Source: Eledone cirrhosa (Eukaryota). From it: a stretch of 64,000 bases of DNA. Location: assembly GCA_964016885.1 (NCBI GenBank), contig OZ024741.1, forward strand, positions 375,534,001 through 375,598,000, read 5' to 3'. Position numbers and translations under genes: made by a program. The notes under the pieces were generated by a model, which made no database searches, was not told the origin of the DNA, and was given only the letters and a program-made list of their open reading frames with translations. Each line of letters begins with the position of its first letter. The stretch's first letter is position 1. This document shows, one piece after another, positions 50,201 to 63,329 of this stretch.

Positions 50201-50609
50201 TTATATATACATACATATATACATACATGCATAAATACATACATACATATGTACATACGTTCATACATACACACATATGGATGCCAGATTTTTTAATAGG
50301 TACAACATATCTCTTTGAATTGTAAAAAGTGATTAAAAGGGTTGGTGTCAGGAAAGGAAACTGGCTGTAAAACACTACTTCAAAATGTCCCATCCAACTC
50401 ATGCCATCATAGTAAGACAGACATAATGATGTTGACATATGATGATGACAATTTCTTGATATAACACGTAATACATATAGTTCTGTATCTTTTTGATATA
50501 TAAAAGGATTTATCACAATGTGCTCAATGTCACAGTCAATAGAGCTATGTACATTTCTGCACAGTTATAACTTGAAATATACTAGGATCAACACAATTAT
50601 ATTGCTAGG

Positions 50610-50920
50610 ATGGAGTTATAGGGGCATCATATTGAGATACAGCATTTCTAGGGCATTTTAAAACCTGGCAGAGCCCATTCATTCTTCAGGTCTGAATACA
50701 GCAAGTTTCTTCCAGAGAAGGATAGAGAGTGAGAGAATATAAGTTAGAAAAAGATATAGAAGAATCAACCCCAGTACTAGACAGGTAGTTTTTTATTGTC
50801 CTCGAAAGGCTGAAAGGCAAAGTTGACCTTGGTGGGATTGAACCCAGAGAGTAGAGAGACAACATGAATACTGCAAAACATTCTTTCTGACATTCTAATG
50901 ACTCTGCCAATTTGCTGCCT
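50610..50920 (-). mobile_element. Meta/MESC-like SINE (long-tail variant)
   Basis: Reverse complement of the 49880 type. Confidence 0.7.
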
Positions 50921-51144
50921 TATATTATTAGACTTTAAAGTAAATGTTTATTAAAATTACACCAGACTATAAACCTAAAGGTTTAAATACCTACTAAGAA
51001 GTATAATGGAGTAAAGATCATCTATTGAGCACTTGAACTCTTTTGATATCGACCTATAATAACCCAAATTTTTAATTATTTTCAAATTTGAAAATTACTA
51101 ATGGTGTCTTTCATTAGAAATATGGTAACAAAAGGGTTAAATCA

Positions 51145-51660
51145 TCACCTTTCAGCCTCCATCTGCTTTCCTGTCACTACAGTGCCGGCCACCTTCCATG
51201 CCATGCTGCTCTCAATGAGGTCATAAAGCATGCCTTGGATTCTGCAAGCTTCCCCTCCCACCTTGAGCCGGTGGGGCTGCACCAAGGGGATGGCAAAAGG
51301 CCAGACAGCATGACCACTTTCCCCATTCCGCTCTAGTAAAACCCTCATCTGGGATGCCATATGCAGCGACACATTTTCCAGTGGCAAACTAGGTCAGTCT
51401 GCAACTAACCCAGGCTCTGCTGCACTTCGGGTTGAGGAGGGTAAACTCTCTAAATATCAGTCGCTCTCTGACAGGTTTTCTGTCGAGCCACTAGCAGTGG
51501 GGACTTCTGGTGTCCTTGGCCTTAGGGCTACCTCCCTACTCACTACAATAGGTGCTGAGCTGGCTAGCCACAGCTGTGAGCCTCGCGAGATGGAATGGAT
51601 CTTCCAGCGCATCTCCCTCACATCCTCCAGGGAAATGCCTTATCTATTCTGTCTGCCAGG
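51145..51660 (+). mobile_element. CRE-clade retrotransposon RLE-domain fragment (second subfamily)
   Basis: HAALNEVIKHAL...GDGKRPD...LIWDA.CSDTF...KY..L...PLAVGTSGVLG...EPREMEWIFQRIS. Confidence 0.82.
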
Positions 51661-51829
51661 GCCGTGGGGAGGCCAGCCCATGGGACCCCATTTGCTCATA
51701 ATAGTGAGAGATGGGGAGAGTGAGAGTGACGGAGGCAATGACAGTAGGACTTCGGCTCCTCTGTGTTCAGATCTGGCATACGTGTGTATGTATATTTACT
51801 TCTATTCATTCAATATTATATATTTAGAA

Positions 51830-52441
51830 TACGGTGGATTGGCAGTATCGGTAGAGGGTCAGACACCATGCTTTGCAACAAAGAGTTACGGCCCTTTATG
51901 GTCTGAGTTCAAATCCCGCTAAGGTTAACTTTGCCTTTCATCCTTACGGGGTCGATAAAATAAAATACCAGTAATGTACTGGGTAATTGCTGGCCTTGTG
52001 CCAAAAGTAGAAACAATTATATGTTTAGAATACATTTACATTTACAAGAAAATTTGTAAGTACACATCTCACTTGTTTGTTTGTTTTTGTAGTCATTTTA
52101 TGAGTAAAAACAGCTATTTAAAAGTGAAACAAATCTATAAATAGTTATTTCAAATAATACAAATTATTACTATTGCCTATAACATCAGTGACATTTCATT
52201 AATTAAGTGGGGGCAGTGGATTGGCAGTATCGGTAGAGTGTCGGATGCCATGCTTTGCATCATAGAGTTACGGCCCTTTATGACCTGAGTTCAAATCCTG
52301 CTGATTTTAACTTTGCTTTTCATCCTCACGGGGTTGATAAAATAAAGTACCAGTCACGCACTGGGGTTGATTTAATCGACTTTCCCCTCCCCACAAAAAA
52401 AAAAAAAAAAATTCCTGGCCTTGTGCCTATATAAGAAACCA
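51830..52441 (+). mobile_element. Two Meta/MESC-like SINEs (51830-52017 and 52210-52441)
   Basis: ggattggcagtatcggtagag head, gagttcaaatcc B-box, ctttcatcct.acggggt.gataaaataaa.taccag centre. Confidence 0.78.
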
Positions 52442-53644
52442 TTAATTAAATGGGGGAAGACAAAATAAAATGAGTGGAAGAAATAGAAAGAATGATTAAG
52501 CAACGAAAGAACAGTGGCAGAGCCATGTCCTGCAAACAAAACGGCAAAAGTGTTACCACAGAGAATGGCCAGAGACACCCACTACATCAGACACCCCACC
52601 TCATGGTCTCCCTCTTGAAGCAACTCTCCATCTTTCCGACATTATAAGTTGTTTTCTATAAAGAAAAATGATGCTTGGTTTTTTTTTCTTCTCTCACGAG
52701 ATTCCTGGGATCCAAATCTACAATAAATAGAAGCTATGTCCTTACAGACACCATTTTATTTTTTCACTGAAGATTGTGTGGTAAGCATAAAATCTGGAGT
52801 AATTCAATAATTATGAAAGTGGTATTCTCCAGTGAATTTATACATTATAACTGCAGATGTACAGGAACGCACACACTCATACAAACACACATATGCAGCA
52901 CATACAGACAAACACATACACATACAAAGATACACGCACACACGCACACACACACACACACACACACATGCATAAACATACACACATACATGAATTTACA
53001 AACCAACCTACATACATGTATGTACAAACTCATAAATACACACACACACACAAACAAACATAAATACATGCATGTACAAACACCCACACACATACACACA
53101 CACAGAGACAAACACATACATTAATGTACCATCATACATACATGTACGCACAAACACACACAGACAGAGACAGACACACACATATTGTGAGTCAAATAGC
53201 CATGAATATAGAATTGTGAGAAATCAAGATATTGATGAGGAAACGAGGATAAAACTGGTCAATATAAGTAGATCAATACGGAAACCAACTAAAAAACGAA
53301 GTAATATAAATATTTTTGTGTTTACAGGATAGTTTGGGAGTGTGTATATATATATATATATATATGTGTGTGTTTATATATACATTCACACATATAGACA
53401 CATATATGTGTGTGTGTTTATATATACATACACTCATATAGACACATATATATGTGTGTCTGTTTATATATACATTCACACATATAGACACGTGTGTGTG
53501 TGTGTGTTTATATATACGTTCACACATATAGACACGTGTGTGTGTGTGTGTTTATATATACATTCATACATATAGACACACATATATATATGTGCCTGTG
53601 TGTATCACCACCCTTTTCCATTGCCTTTACAACCCTGCCCCAGT

Positions 53645-54598
53645 GACCAGCCCACACTGTAATGTGGTCATGTTGGTATCACGACAAAAAGCACCCAGCC
53701 CACACTGTAAAGTGGTCGTGTTGGTATCACGACAAAAAGCACCCAGCCCACACTGTAAAGTGGTCATGTTGGTATCACGACAAAAAGCACCCAGCCTACA
53801 CTATAAAGTGGTTGTATTGGTATCACGACAAAAAGCACCCAGTCTACACTGTAAAGTGGTCGTGTTGGTATCACAACAAAAAGCACCCAGCTCACACTGT
53901 AAAGTGGTCATGTTGGTATCACAACAAAAAAGCACCCAGCTCACACTGTAATGTGGTCATGTTGGTATCACAACAAAAAGCACCCAGCCCACACTGTAAA
54001 GTGGTCATGTTGGTATCACGACAAAAAGCACCCAGCCTACACTATAAAGTGGTTGTATTGGTATCACGACAAAAAGCACCCAGCCCACACTGTAAAGTGG
54101 TCATGTTGGCATCACAACAAAAAGCACCCAGCCCACACTGTAAAGTGGTCGTGTTGGTATCATGATAAAAAGCACCCAGCCCACACTGTAAAGTGGTCGT
54201 GTTGGTATCACGACAAAAAGCACCCAGCCTACACTGTAAAGTGGTCTTGTTGGTATCACGACAAAAAGCACCCAGCCCACACTGTAAAGTGGTTGTATTG
54301 GTATCACAACAAAAAGCACCCAGCTCACACTGTAAAGTGGTCATGTTGGTATCACGACAAAAAGCACCCAGCCTACACTGTAAAGTGGTTGTGTAGGTGT
54401 AATATTAAAAAGCACCCAGCCCATACTACATAGTGGTTGTGTAGGTGTCATGACAAAAAGCACCCAGCACACACTGTAAATATGGTTGGTGTTAGGAAGG
54501 GCATCCAGCCAAAGAAACCAAGCCAGAAATAGTTCTGCATGAGCAAGACCCGTCGAAAATAGTCATTAAACAATGATGCTGCTGATGATGATGATGAT
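53645..54598 (+). repeat. 48-bp tandem array (~17 units, to ~54480) continuing into a retroposon 3' segment
   Basis: Unit cacccagcccacactgtaaagtggtcgtgttggtatcacgacaaaaag, followed by ggttggtgttaggaagggcatccag and a (GAT)n tail. Confidence 0.93.
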
Positions 54599-54689
54599 AT
54601 AAATATATGCAAAAAATAAACAGAAATAACAAAGCAAATGACACAGTACAAAGAAGAAATGTTTAACACTTGATATAGTAGGAAAAGAG

Positions 54690-54725
54690 TCTCAATGTTT
54701 CAGACACTAGTCTTTCATTAGAAGA
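54690..54725 (-). ncRNA. Decayed minimal hammerhead motif (8246 family)
   Basis: TCTT-CTAATGA-A-AGAC tagt GTCT-GAAA-CA-TT-GAGA. A core G is mutated. Confidence 0.4.
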
Positions 54726-54834
54726 TAGAATGAAAAATAAAAGATGAAATAGAAAGATAGAGATTGGGAAGAGAAAAGAATGGAAAAAATGCTTTTTGAG
54801 AAAAACACGATTGTATTCAGTCAGCCATTTTGGA

Positions 54835-56820
54835 TCATCATCATCGTCATCATCATCGTTTAACGTCCATGTTCCACGCTTGCATGGGTTTGGACGGGAG
54901 TTTTCCCACTTGAGGCAAGAGTGGTGGTCTTGCTCACATAGGACTGTCTGGCGGGTTTTCTACAGCTGGATGCCCTTCCTAACACCAACCACATTTACAG
55001 TGTGGGACTGGGAGGTTTTTACCGTGTTGCCTACACGGCCACATTACAGCGTGGACTGTGTGTTTTTTTGTCGTGACACCTACACGATCTCATTTGTTTC
55101 GGCCTGAATGTTGTGGTACCAACATAACTTTACATCGAAAGGGGCGGTGTGGATGGGGGGGGGGCTGTATTTTGTTAGAGATGCCTACTGACTGTAGTAG
55201 GTTTTACTTTGTATTTAGGTAAGGCGGGTCTTCTCTATTACTGAGTACCGCCAAAGATCTCGGTCCAGTGACATTGTCTTGGAGAGGTGTAAGTGTGTGA
55301 GGTCGGAGTTTATCAGCTCGTCCCAGGTTTTTCTGGGTCTGCCTACTCCGTGGCTACCGTCTATCTTTATTGCCCTGCACTTTTTTATACAGCTGTCGTC
55401 TTTCATGCGCATCACGTGACCATACCAACGTAGCCTTCTCTCGAGTAAACAACATCTGATCCCTCTTATTTCTAATTTTTCCCTTAGTTCGTTTATGCTT
55501 TGCCGTTCACGTATATTACTATTACACATCCAGCGGAGCATGCAAGCTTCGTTCCTCTCTAGTCTGCGTATATCCTCTGCACACAATGCCCAGGTCTCAC
55601 TGCCATGCAACGTTGCTGTTCGTATGCAGGCATCATACAACCTGCCTTTTATTTTTAGGGAGAACCCTTTAGCGGCTAATACTGAACTTTTTCCATCCAG
55701 TTCTGACTCTAGCTACTGTACTTTCAGAGCACACTCCCCCACTGCTGATTTTGTCGCCCAGGTAACGGAAGCTGTTCACTATTTCTATAGAACCCTCTGC
55801 GCAATTGAAAGAGCTAGTATTTTGTGGGCACTTGCTGCTACTTATTGCACCAGAGCACCGGCCACATGTAAAATCTATGTTCTTAGTTAGCTTACCTGTG
55901 ATCCCACTACATCTTTTATGCACCCATACTTTGCATTTGGGACATAAAATGGAGTTTCTACCTACGCCTTTCCTACACACTGAGCATGGCCATTTCCCGG
56001 AAAGGACCGCCGCCTTATTTTCTTTCCTACAAACTAGAACTTTAGTCTTAGCCAGGTTAATTTTAAGGCCTTTTGATTCTAGGCCGTGCTTCCATGTTTG
56101 GAATTTCTTCTCTAGCTCGGCCATTGATTCAGCTATGAGCGTTAGATCATCTGCATATAGGAGTTCCCATGGGCAGCCGGTCTAGAACTCCACTGTTATA
56201 GCCTGAAGGGCAATAATAAATAGTAGGGGGCTAAGAACAGAGCCCTGATGAACACCAACTTTTACGCTAAACTCTTCACTATATTCGTTGTTAATTCTAA
56301 CCTTGCTCACTGTTTCTTTATGCATGGCTTGTATAGCTCTCACAAGCCATTCGTCAACACCTAGTTTTCTAAGAGCCCACCAGATAATGGAACGGGGGAC
56401 TCTGTCAAACGCTTTCTCCAAGTCAACAAAAGCTAAGTATAGGGGTTTACTTTTAGCTAGGTACTTCTCCTGTAGTTGTCGTACAATGAAAAGAGCGTCT
56501 GTGGTACTTTTGCCTGACACAAACCAGAACTGCATTTCATCTAGATCAATTCTCTCTCTGATTAGTTGCGCTATTACTTTTTCCATGACCTTCATGACCT
56601 GGTCGATTAATGCCTCTATAGTTACTCCTATCTAGGGCGTCTCCTTTACCCTTGTAACAGTTAACGATGATGCTGCTACGCCAGTCCTTCGGAACAACTC
56701 CATTCTGTATGACTTGGTTTACTATCCGGGTGACCATGGTGTGTCCCACCGTACCAGATGCTTTCAGCATCTCAGCAACTATTTCCGAAGGCCCAGCCGC
56801 CTTACCCGTCTTCATATGTT
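54835..56820 (-). mobile_element. Relatively young 5'-truncated RTE LINE (family B): RT, PHD-like finger, C-terminus, 3' UTR
   Basis: KAAGPSEI..EMLK, KGKGD...NYRGI, FVDLEKAFDRV, VHQGSVLSPLLF, YADDL, FRYLG, GRPRKTW. Long open segments with few disruptions. Confidence 0.95.
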
Positions 56821-56832
56821 TCCTTACCCGTC

Positions 56833-56877
<45 letters not shown>

Positions 56878-57034
56878 TTAGTATTGACAATCATGAGAAT
56901 GAGTATTCAACACCATAGTTGATATTGATATCTTCTTTATGAATGCCAAGTTTGGATCTTGTAACTCTGGTTTCTGCTGTGCACTCACATGGTCATCAGA
57001 TCCTGTAAATATGTTTGTATATATATATATATAT

Positions 57035-57375
57035 GGAGGCACATGGCTTAGTGGTTAGAGCATTGGTCTTGCAATCGAAACGTTGTGAGTTCAATTCTCA
57101 GACCGAGTGATGTGTTGTTTCCTTGAGCAAGACACTTTATTTCACAATGCTCCAGTTTACTCAGCTGTAGAAATGAGATGATAGAGACTGGGGTCCCTAT
57201 CATTCCACTGCAAAGTGGTTGTGTAGGCGCCACGGAAAAAATGCACCCAGCACTCACTGTAAATGAGGTTGGTGTTAGGAAGGGCATCCAGCTGTAGAAA
57301 TCAAGCCAGAATCAGTTCCCGTCCCACCCTTGCAAGCAGGGAAAAAGCAGACGTAAAATGAAATGATGATGATGA
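57035..57375 (+). mobile_element. CORE-SINE with RTE tail
   Basis: Colinear along its whole length with 8360-8708. Confidence 0.85.
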
Positions 57376-57744
57376 TATATATATATCATCATCATCACCA
57401 TTTAACGTCTATTTTCTCATGCTTGCATGGGTTAGACAGGTTGTCCACGTTATGAGACAAGACTTGCCAGCTGACCACATCAATTTTACAGCTGGATGTG
57501 ACAAGATATGATGCCTATTCACAAAAGTTTTGAATTGATATTTTGAAAAAAATTATTTACAAGAAACAAAATAAGAATAAGATTTAATAATGTAATTTTG
57601 ATTTGATATATTACAAAAAATAAAGTTTTCCAATTTTTCATGCATTACATTTTACATTGAGTAATATTGAAATGCAGAGTTTTTCTCCATAAATTATATC
57701 ACTGATTTAAAATCAATCATCATTTTCTTACAAAAAAATGTGTG

Positions 57745-57775
57745 AAACGCAGCAAGGCGCGGGTAATTTGGCTAG
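57745..57775 (+). mobile_element. Helitron-type 3' terminus
   Basis: Decayed GC hairpin cgcagcaaggcgcggg, then CTAG|T. Confidence 0.5.
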
Positions 57776-58064
57776 TATATATAAATATGTACACACACAC
57801 ATATATATATAACCATATATAGACATATATATATGTCAGGGCTTTTCAACAACAAGACAAGATATAGTACCCCATACCTTGTCAAATATGGTGTCTCTGG
57901 ATGAGCTCTGGGGTGGAGCTGAGAGTGAAGAAAAACTGGCTCCCATTGTCATTATATATATATATATGTGTGTGTGTGGAGTATCTCCATGGATAAAAAG
58001 CCAAGGAAAACATGCTCAATCTATTGCAAGAAAACTTATTTAGTATAATTGAAATTTAATTCAC

Positions 58065-58268
58065 TTAATATGTATGTACAACCTTAGGTTTTGAGGTCCA
58101 GTTATGGCCCCCACTGTATAGTAGAGGAGCCATTCTAATGCTGGCCTTTCATTATGATAATTTTGTCCTAGCACTCGATAAGAGGCCAGTGTATTGGAAC
58201 AGCTCCCCCACTATACTGTGGTGGCCATAACTGGACCCTGAAGCCTAAGGTCTTGCATACATGTTAAA
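58065..58268. mobile_element. Fold-back MITE-like palindrome
   Basis: ccttagg..ggtccagttatggcc.cca..gtatagt is mirrored by actatac..tgg.ggccataactggacc..cctaagg. Confidence 0.65.
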
Positions 58269-58461
58269 TGCATGAAATATAGATTATACTATCATCATCA
58301 TCATCATCATCATCGTCGATTAACATCTATCTTCCCCGTTAGCATGGGTTAGACGGGTTTGTCTCAGTTAGAGGCAAGTTGGGTTGGGGGATTGTGTCTC
58401 ATTCATATAGGAGAGTGTCTGGCTGGTTTTCTACAGCTGTGTGTGTGTGTGTGTGTGTGTG

Positions 58462-58547
<86 letters not shown>

Positions 58548-59487
58548 TATATGTTTGTGTGTGTTTGCCTTTCAGTGCTTGCATGTGTTGGATGAAACTT
58601 CTCCACGACAGCATCCCTCCATTGTTGGGTTCTTACGACATCTTCTCTGTGCGGTTCAGTGTCTTGAGATCAGCCTTCACCACCCCCGCCTTAGAGTTTC
58701 TCTTCCACAACTGCCTTCTACTTGGAGCTTCTGTCAATTTATATGGTTCTCTATTGCCTCTCTTTCAGTTTCCCCAGACCTGTTTTATCAATTTTATGGT
58801 TCTACTTACAGTATTATTACCCTGTCATGTTCCTTTTCATCTGGCTGCAACCTTGCTCAACCAGCAATCTCAGCATAGATACATACATACATGATGGCTG
58901 CAAACTCTGCTAAGAATATTGTCAGATTATAGAGTTTGGCGCACTTTTAGGCTACAGCCAGCCACATGAACCTGTAACATATCCTGAACAAGCAATGCCT
59001 GTGCTTTGAAGGTTTTTTAAGTCGTGAAAGGCCTTGCACTCGTCCAACCCACTCTCTGAGCATCGAAAACACTACCTGAAAAGGAGAACTGGTCAACATC
59101 ATCAGATGCTTCTGAAGCCACAGGTTTCCCTCTTCTAGAAAGGTGTTGTGACAACAACTGGGGGTCTTTCACTTGCAGGTAAAAAAAAAAGTACTAATTG
59201 GATGGCCGTTGACTCTGCTGAGTTTGCCAGGTCTTGTATTTCATCCCACAGGGTGTCCAAATATTTGGTGAGGTTGACGGTTTAGTTGCCGATGACCTGA
59301 CCATGAGACAGGTTGTATTGGGTTACATGTTACCAGTAGCACTCGAGAGTGAACTGACATAATACATACATACATATATACATACATGCATAGATAAATA
59401 CATACATATATGTATGCGTGTTTTCATCCCAAACTGATATGAATAAATGTTACTACATGTATTGTGTACTTTTGTCGCCGTTGTCAT

Positions 59488-59547
<60 letters not shown>

Positions 59548-59699
59548 GTACATGGAGATGTAAACTTTTTTAATGGAGTCCTCTCACTTTATGAACAGAT
59601 CGATTCTGAAGTCAGGTCTATCACATCGATGTTGTCTTGAGCCAATTATATAGAAAGTGCATGTAATGGTTGATATTAAAAAAATGCATTTTAAAGTCA

Positions 59700-60480
59700 A
59701 ACGTCATTGCATTTAGAAAAGGAGTAGGCATAAACTCTGTATGATCTACACAATGTAAATTTTGGATACACCAGAGCTATAGTGGGATATAAGGTAGAAA
59801 AACAGGAAGAGAAGACTCTCTATGTAAAAGATGCACAGCGGTAATCAAGAAGAGAATCAGTGATATAAATATTTTCCAATCAAATGAAGATTCCATAGAA
59901 GTGGTTGATAGCTTCTAGTATCTTGGTGACCTAATTAGAAGCAGAGGAGGTGCTCTGAAAGCATTATAGCTAGAATAAGTTTAGGATGGAAGAATTTTCG
60001 AGAGCTACTCCCACTGTTGACAACAAAAGGTTTCTCTCTATGTACAAAAGGTTGACTGTATGACACCTGTGTGCAATGTGTGATGCTACATCATAGTGAA
60101 ACATGGGCAGTGACTGCAGAAGACATGCGTTGACGAGAGAAATGAAGCAGTCATGTTTTGTTGGATTTGCAATATAAGTGTGAGAGAAAAGCAGAGCTTG
60201 GATGAACTGAGGGAGAAACTGGGTTTAAGTGGAATCCAAAATGGTGTGCAAGGATAGTGATTGCTGTGTTGGTATGGGTATGTGATGTGCATGGATAGTG
60301 ATTGCTGGATGAAGAAGTGTCAGGAAATCCCAGTGGAAAAAAGCTGCAATAGAGGTAGATCAAAGAAGACCTGGGCAGAGGTGGTGAAAGCTGATCTTAA
60401 ATTGCTGAGATGAGAAAAGATGATGAAGGAATGTGGAGAGTGGAGAGATGGTATGCTGAAGAGGGCCCGTCCAACCAATA
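59700..60480 (+). mobile_element. RTE LINE 3' relic (family A)
   Basis: RKGVGINS, IEVVDSF.YLGD, GWKNFRELLPLL, HSETWAV and KKTWAEVVKADL remnants. Confidence 0.8.
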
Positions 60481-60568
60481 CAATTGTAGAAAAGTGGCAG
60501 TGACTTTCTGGCTGTTGAACAAAGCAAAGGAAGGTATTCACCAGTTTGCTATTATTTTACACAATATA

Positions 60569-60962
60569 CGAGAGCAATCCCAAAAGTAAGGTCTCCTTCC
60601 GATATTGCAACTTTTCCGTTAAAATCCTGTGGATGGTGCTTCGGAAAACCTCAGGAACCAAAATGCAGAGAGCATCCAGAGTGATCCGCTGATCTTTACG
60701 CATGTTTTCCTCGGAAGCAGACCTTACTTTTGGGATTGCCCTCATATATAATAACTGCGCGAAATTTGCACTTGGTGGTAGCGTTCAATGGCAGCTCCAT
60801 TCTCAACGGCTGCCAAGCCAAGATTGAGCATCCCAGCGAAGTGCGCGCATGCTTGTTTGGAAGTGAAGGAAGCACCAATCACAACAGTGTTGCCAACAGC
60901 CGTACGAACAGTTTCTCTGTGTCCCCATCGCTTTGGAGACCTTACTTTTGGGATTACTCTCG
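60569..60962 (-). mobile_element. Composite mariner derivative with three TIRs
   Basis: TIR cgag(a/g)g(c/t)aatcccaaaagtaaggtct at 60569 (forward) and ending at 60744 and 60962 (reverse). Transposase fragments MELPLNATTKC..RAVI and RITLDAL....VFRSTIHRILTEKLQYRK. Confidence 0.82.
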
Positions 60963-61032
60963 TAGTATATATATACTTAGATTTTGTATTTCTTTTGCAA
61001 TATTTCTTATCTGAAAACAAAATAGCAATTTA

Positions 61033-61081
61033 GTCACTGAGGAGGTCACAGAATGTGTGACAAAAGAGCTTTGACAATAAA
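61033..61081 (+). ncRNA. Minimal hammerhead motif (GAAA decayed to AAAA) followed by AATAAA
   Basis: GTCA-CTGAGGA-G-GTCACA gaatg TGTGAC-AAAA-GAGC-TT-TGAC-AATAAA. Confidence 0.6.
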
Positions 61082-61517
61082 CAAACAACCATCTGGTTAT
61101 TAAACCAACCAACTGGAAATTTGTAATAAATTGAAGCTAAAACCCACAGGTGCATGTGTTTTTATTGGCAGCATGACCCCCCCCCCCACACACACACAGT
61201 ACAACAGTATACACACACACATATATATATGTATATATAGGACAACCTCTTTAGTGCTGGTGCCACAATAAAATACACTTGGTAGAATGCAGAACTGTAT
61301 GTAAATGAGATGTAACCACCCAACCTGTCTGTGGTAAGGTTAGTGACTAATGTATGTATGTGTATATGTATGTGTGTATATATGCATGTGTGTATGTATG
61401 CGTGTGTGTATGTATGCATGTGTGTATATATGTGTGTGTGTGTGACAGCTCACACCTATGCAGGTTTAGCTGGCCTCCTCCAAGGTATATCTCATTGGAG
61501 GTGTATTGGGTAATTTA

Positions 61518-61688
61518 ATGATAGGGACCCCAGTCCTATCATCTCATTTTTACAGCTGAGTAAACTGGAGCAATGTGAAATAAAGTGTCTTGCTCAAGGA
61601 AACAACACATCACCCGGTCCGAGAATTGAACTCACAACCTTTCAATTGCAAGCCCAATGCTCTAACCAGTGAGCCATGTGCCTTCATG
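61518..61688 (-). mobile_element. CORE-SINE head and core
   Basis: Reverse complement of 8360-8530. Confidence 0.8.
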
Positions 61689-62354
61689 TATGTATATATG
61701 TATGTATGTGTGTATGTATATATACTTATATACCTAGGCATGAATGTGTGTTGTGTAACAAGAGAGTGTTTATGTCTATAAGAAATGCTATGTCTGTATG
61801 TATGCCATGTGGGTGGTAGTAAACGTGATTGCGATGTGACACTGAGGCGTGGGACTGATATTCTTAAATGGTTGCTGTAATAAGACAGAATCGACATATA
61901 ATATATAATCTGCTGTCATTGTTGTTGTCACTATTATTATTTATTTTATTATTATTATCATTATTATTACTACTACAGGTGTTGTTGTATTGATAAGATA
62001 CAGAAATTATTATTAATGTTATTATTTAGGGATTTTTCCTTTGTTTCCATTTTTTTTTGTTACATCTTTTGTTTTCATTTCCTTTTTTTACACACAAAAC
62101 CCCATATTTGTATCGTCTTGTATCATCCTCTGCTGTCCTTAATGAACTTTTTGTAAACCCTTTGTGGTTAATAAAGAAATCATCATTAAAATAAATAATT
62201 AAGAAATAAATAATAATTATTAGATCTTTTAGTAGGTGTTTTATACTAGTTAAGCTCAGAATATTATCAACATAATTTATCATAAACATTATCACTAGCT
62301 TTGTTATTATGGTTTTCATCAGATCCTTCCTCCTCTTCTCTTTCCTACTCCTTT

Positions 62355-63280
62355 GTCACCACCACCATCACCACCCCCATCACCACCACCAATACCACCA
62401 TCCTACCCCCTCCACCTCCACCCCACCACCAATCCATCACCAACACCACCATCCTACCACCTCCACCCCATCACCACCACCAATACCACCATCCCACCCC
62501 CGCCACCTCCACCCCAACACCATTCCATCACCAACACCGCCATCCTACCACCTCCACCCCATCTCCACCACCAATACCACCACCCCACTCCCACCCCCGC
62601 CACCTCCACCCCCAACACCATTCCATCACCAACACCACCATCCTACCACCTCCACCTCATCACCACCTCCAATACCACCCCACCCCCACCCCCTCCACCC
62701 CAACACCATTCCATCACCAACACCACCATCCTACCACCTCCACCCCATCACCACCACCAATACCACTCCCACCCCAGCCACCTCCACCCCAACACCATTC
62801 CATCACCAACACCACCATCCTACCACCTCCACCCCATCACCCCCACCCCCACCCCCACCCCACCCAGCCCCCTCCACCCCAACACCATTCCATCACCAAC
62901 ACCACCATCCTACCCCCCATACCCCACCCCACCCCAGCCACCTCCATCCCAACACCATTCCATCACCAACACCACCATCCTACCGCCTCCACCCCATCAC
63001 CACCACCAATACCACCCTCCCACTCCCACCCCAGCCACCTCCACCCCAACACCATTCCATTACCAACACCACCATCCTACCGCCTCCACCCCATCACCAC
63101 CACCAATACCACCATCCCACGCCCCTCCACCTCTACCACCACTCCATCGCTGCCACTGCCACTTCCATCACCACCACTATCACCATCATCACCCCACCAC
63201 AACCATTCTACCACTGCCACCACCACCACCATCATTCCACTACAACCATTCTACCACTGCCACTGCCCCCACCATTATCA
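62355..63280. repeat. C/A-rich complex tandem repeat (~80-90-bp higher-order unit)
   Basis: Recurrent cacctccaccccaacaccattccatcaccaacaccaccatcctacc. Explains the Pro/His/Thr ORFs in all three frames. Confidence 0.92.
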
Positions 63281-63329
63281 CCAACAACTTCAAATTCACC
63301 ATAAATGGGGTGCTAAAATATTTTCACTT

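Noticed and set aside
53645-54480. CRISPR-like array, or a repeat protein (KWSCWYHDKKHPAHTV)n
   Set aside because: Units are contiguous with no unique spacers, there are no cas genes and the context is eukaryotic. The ORFs arise because the 48-bp unit is a multiple of 3.
58900-59330. Coding-like stretch on the minus strand
   Set aside because: Broken by stops with no motif I recognise. Probably a TE fragment, so it is not called.
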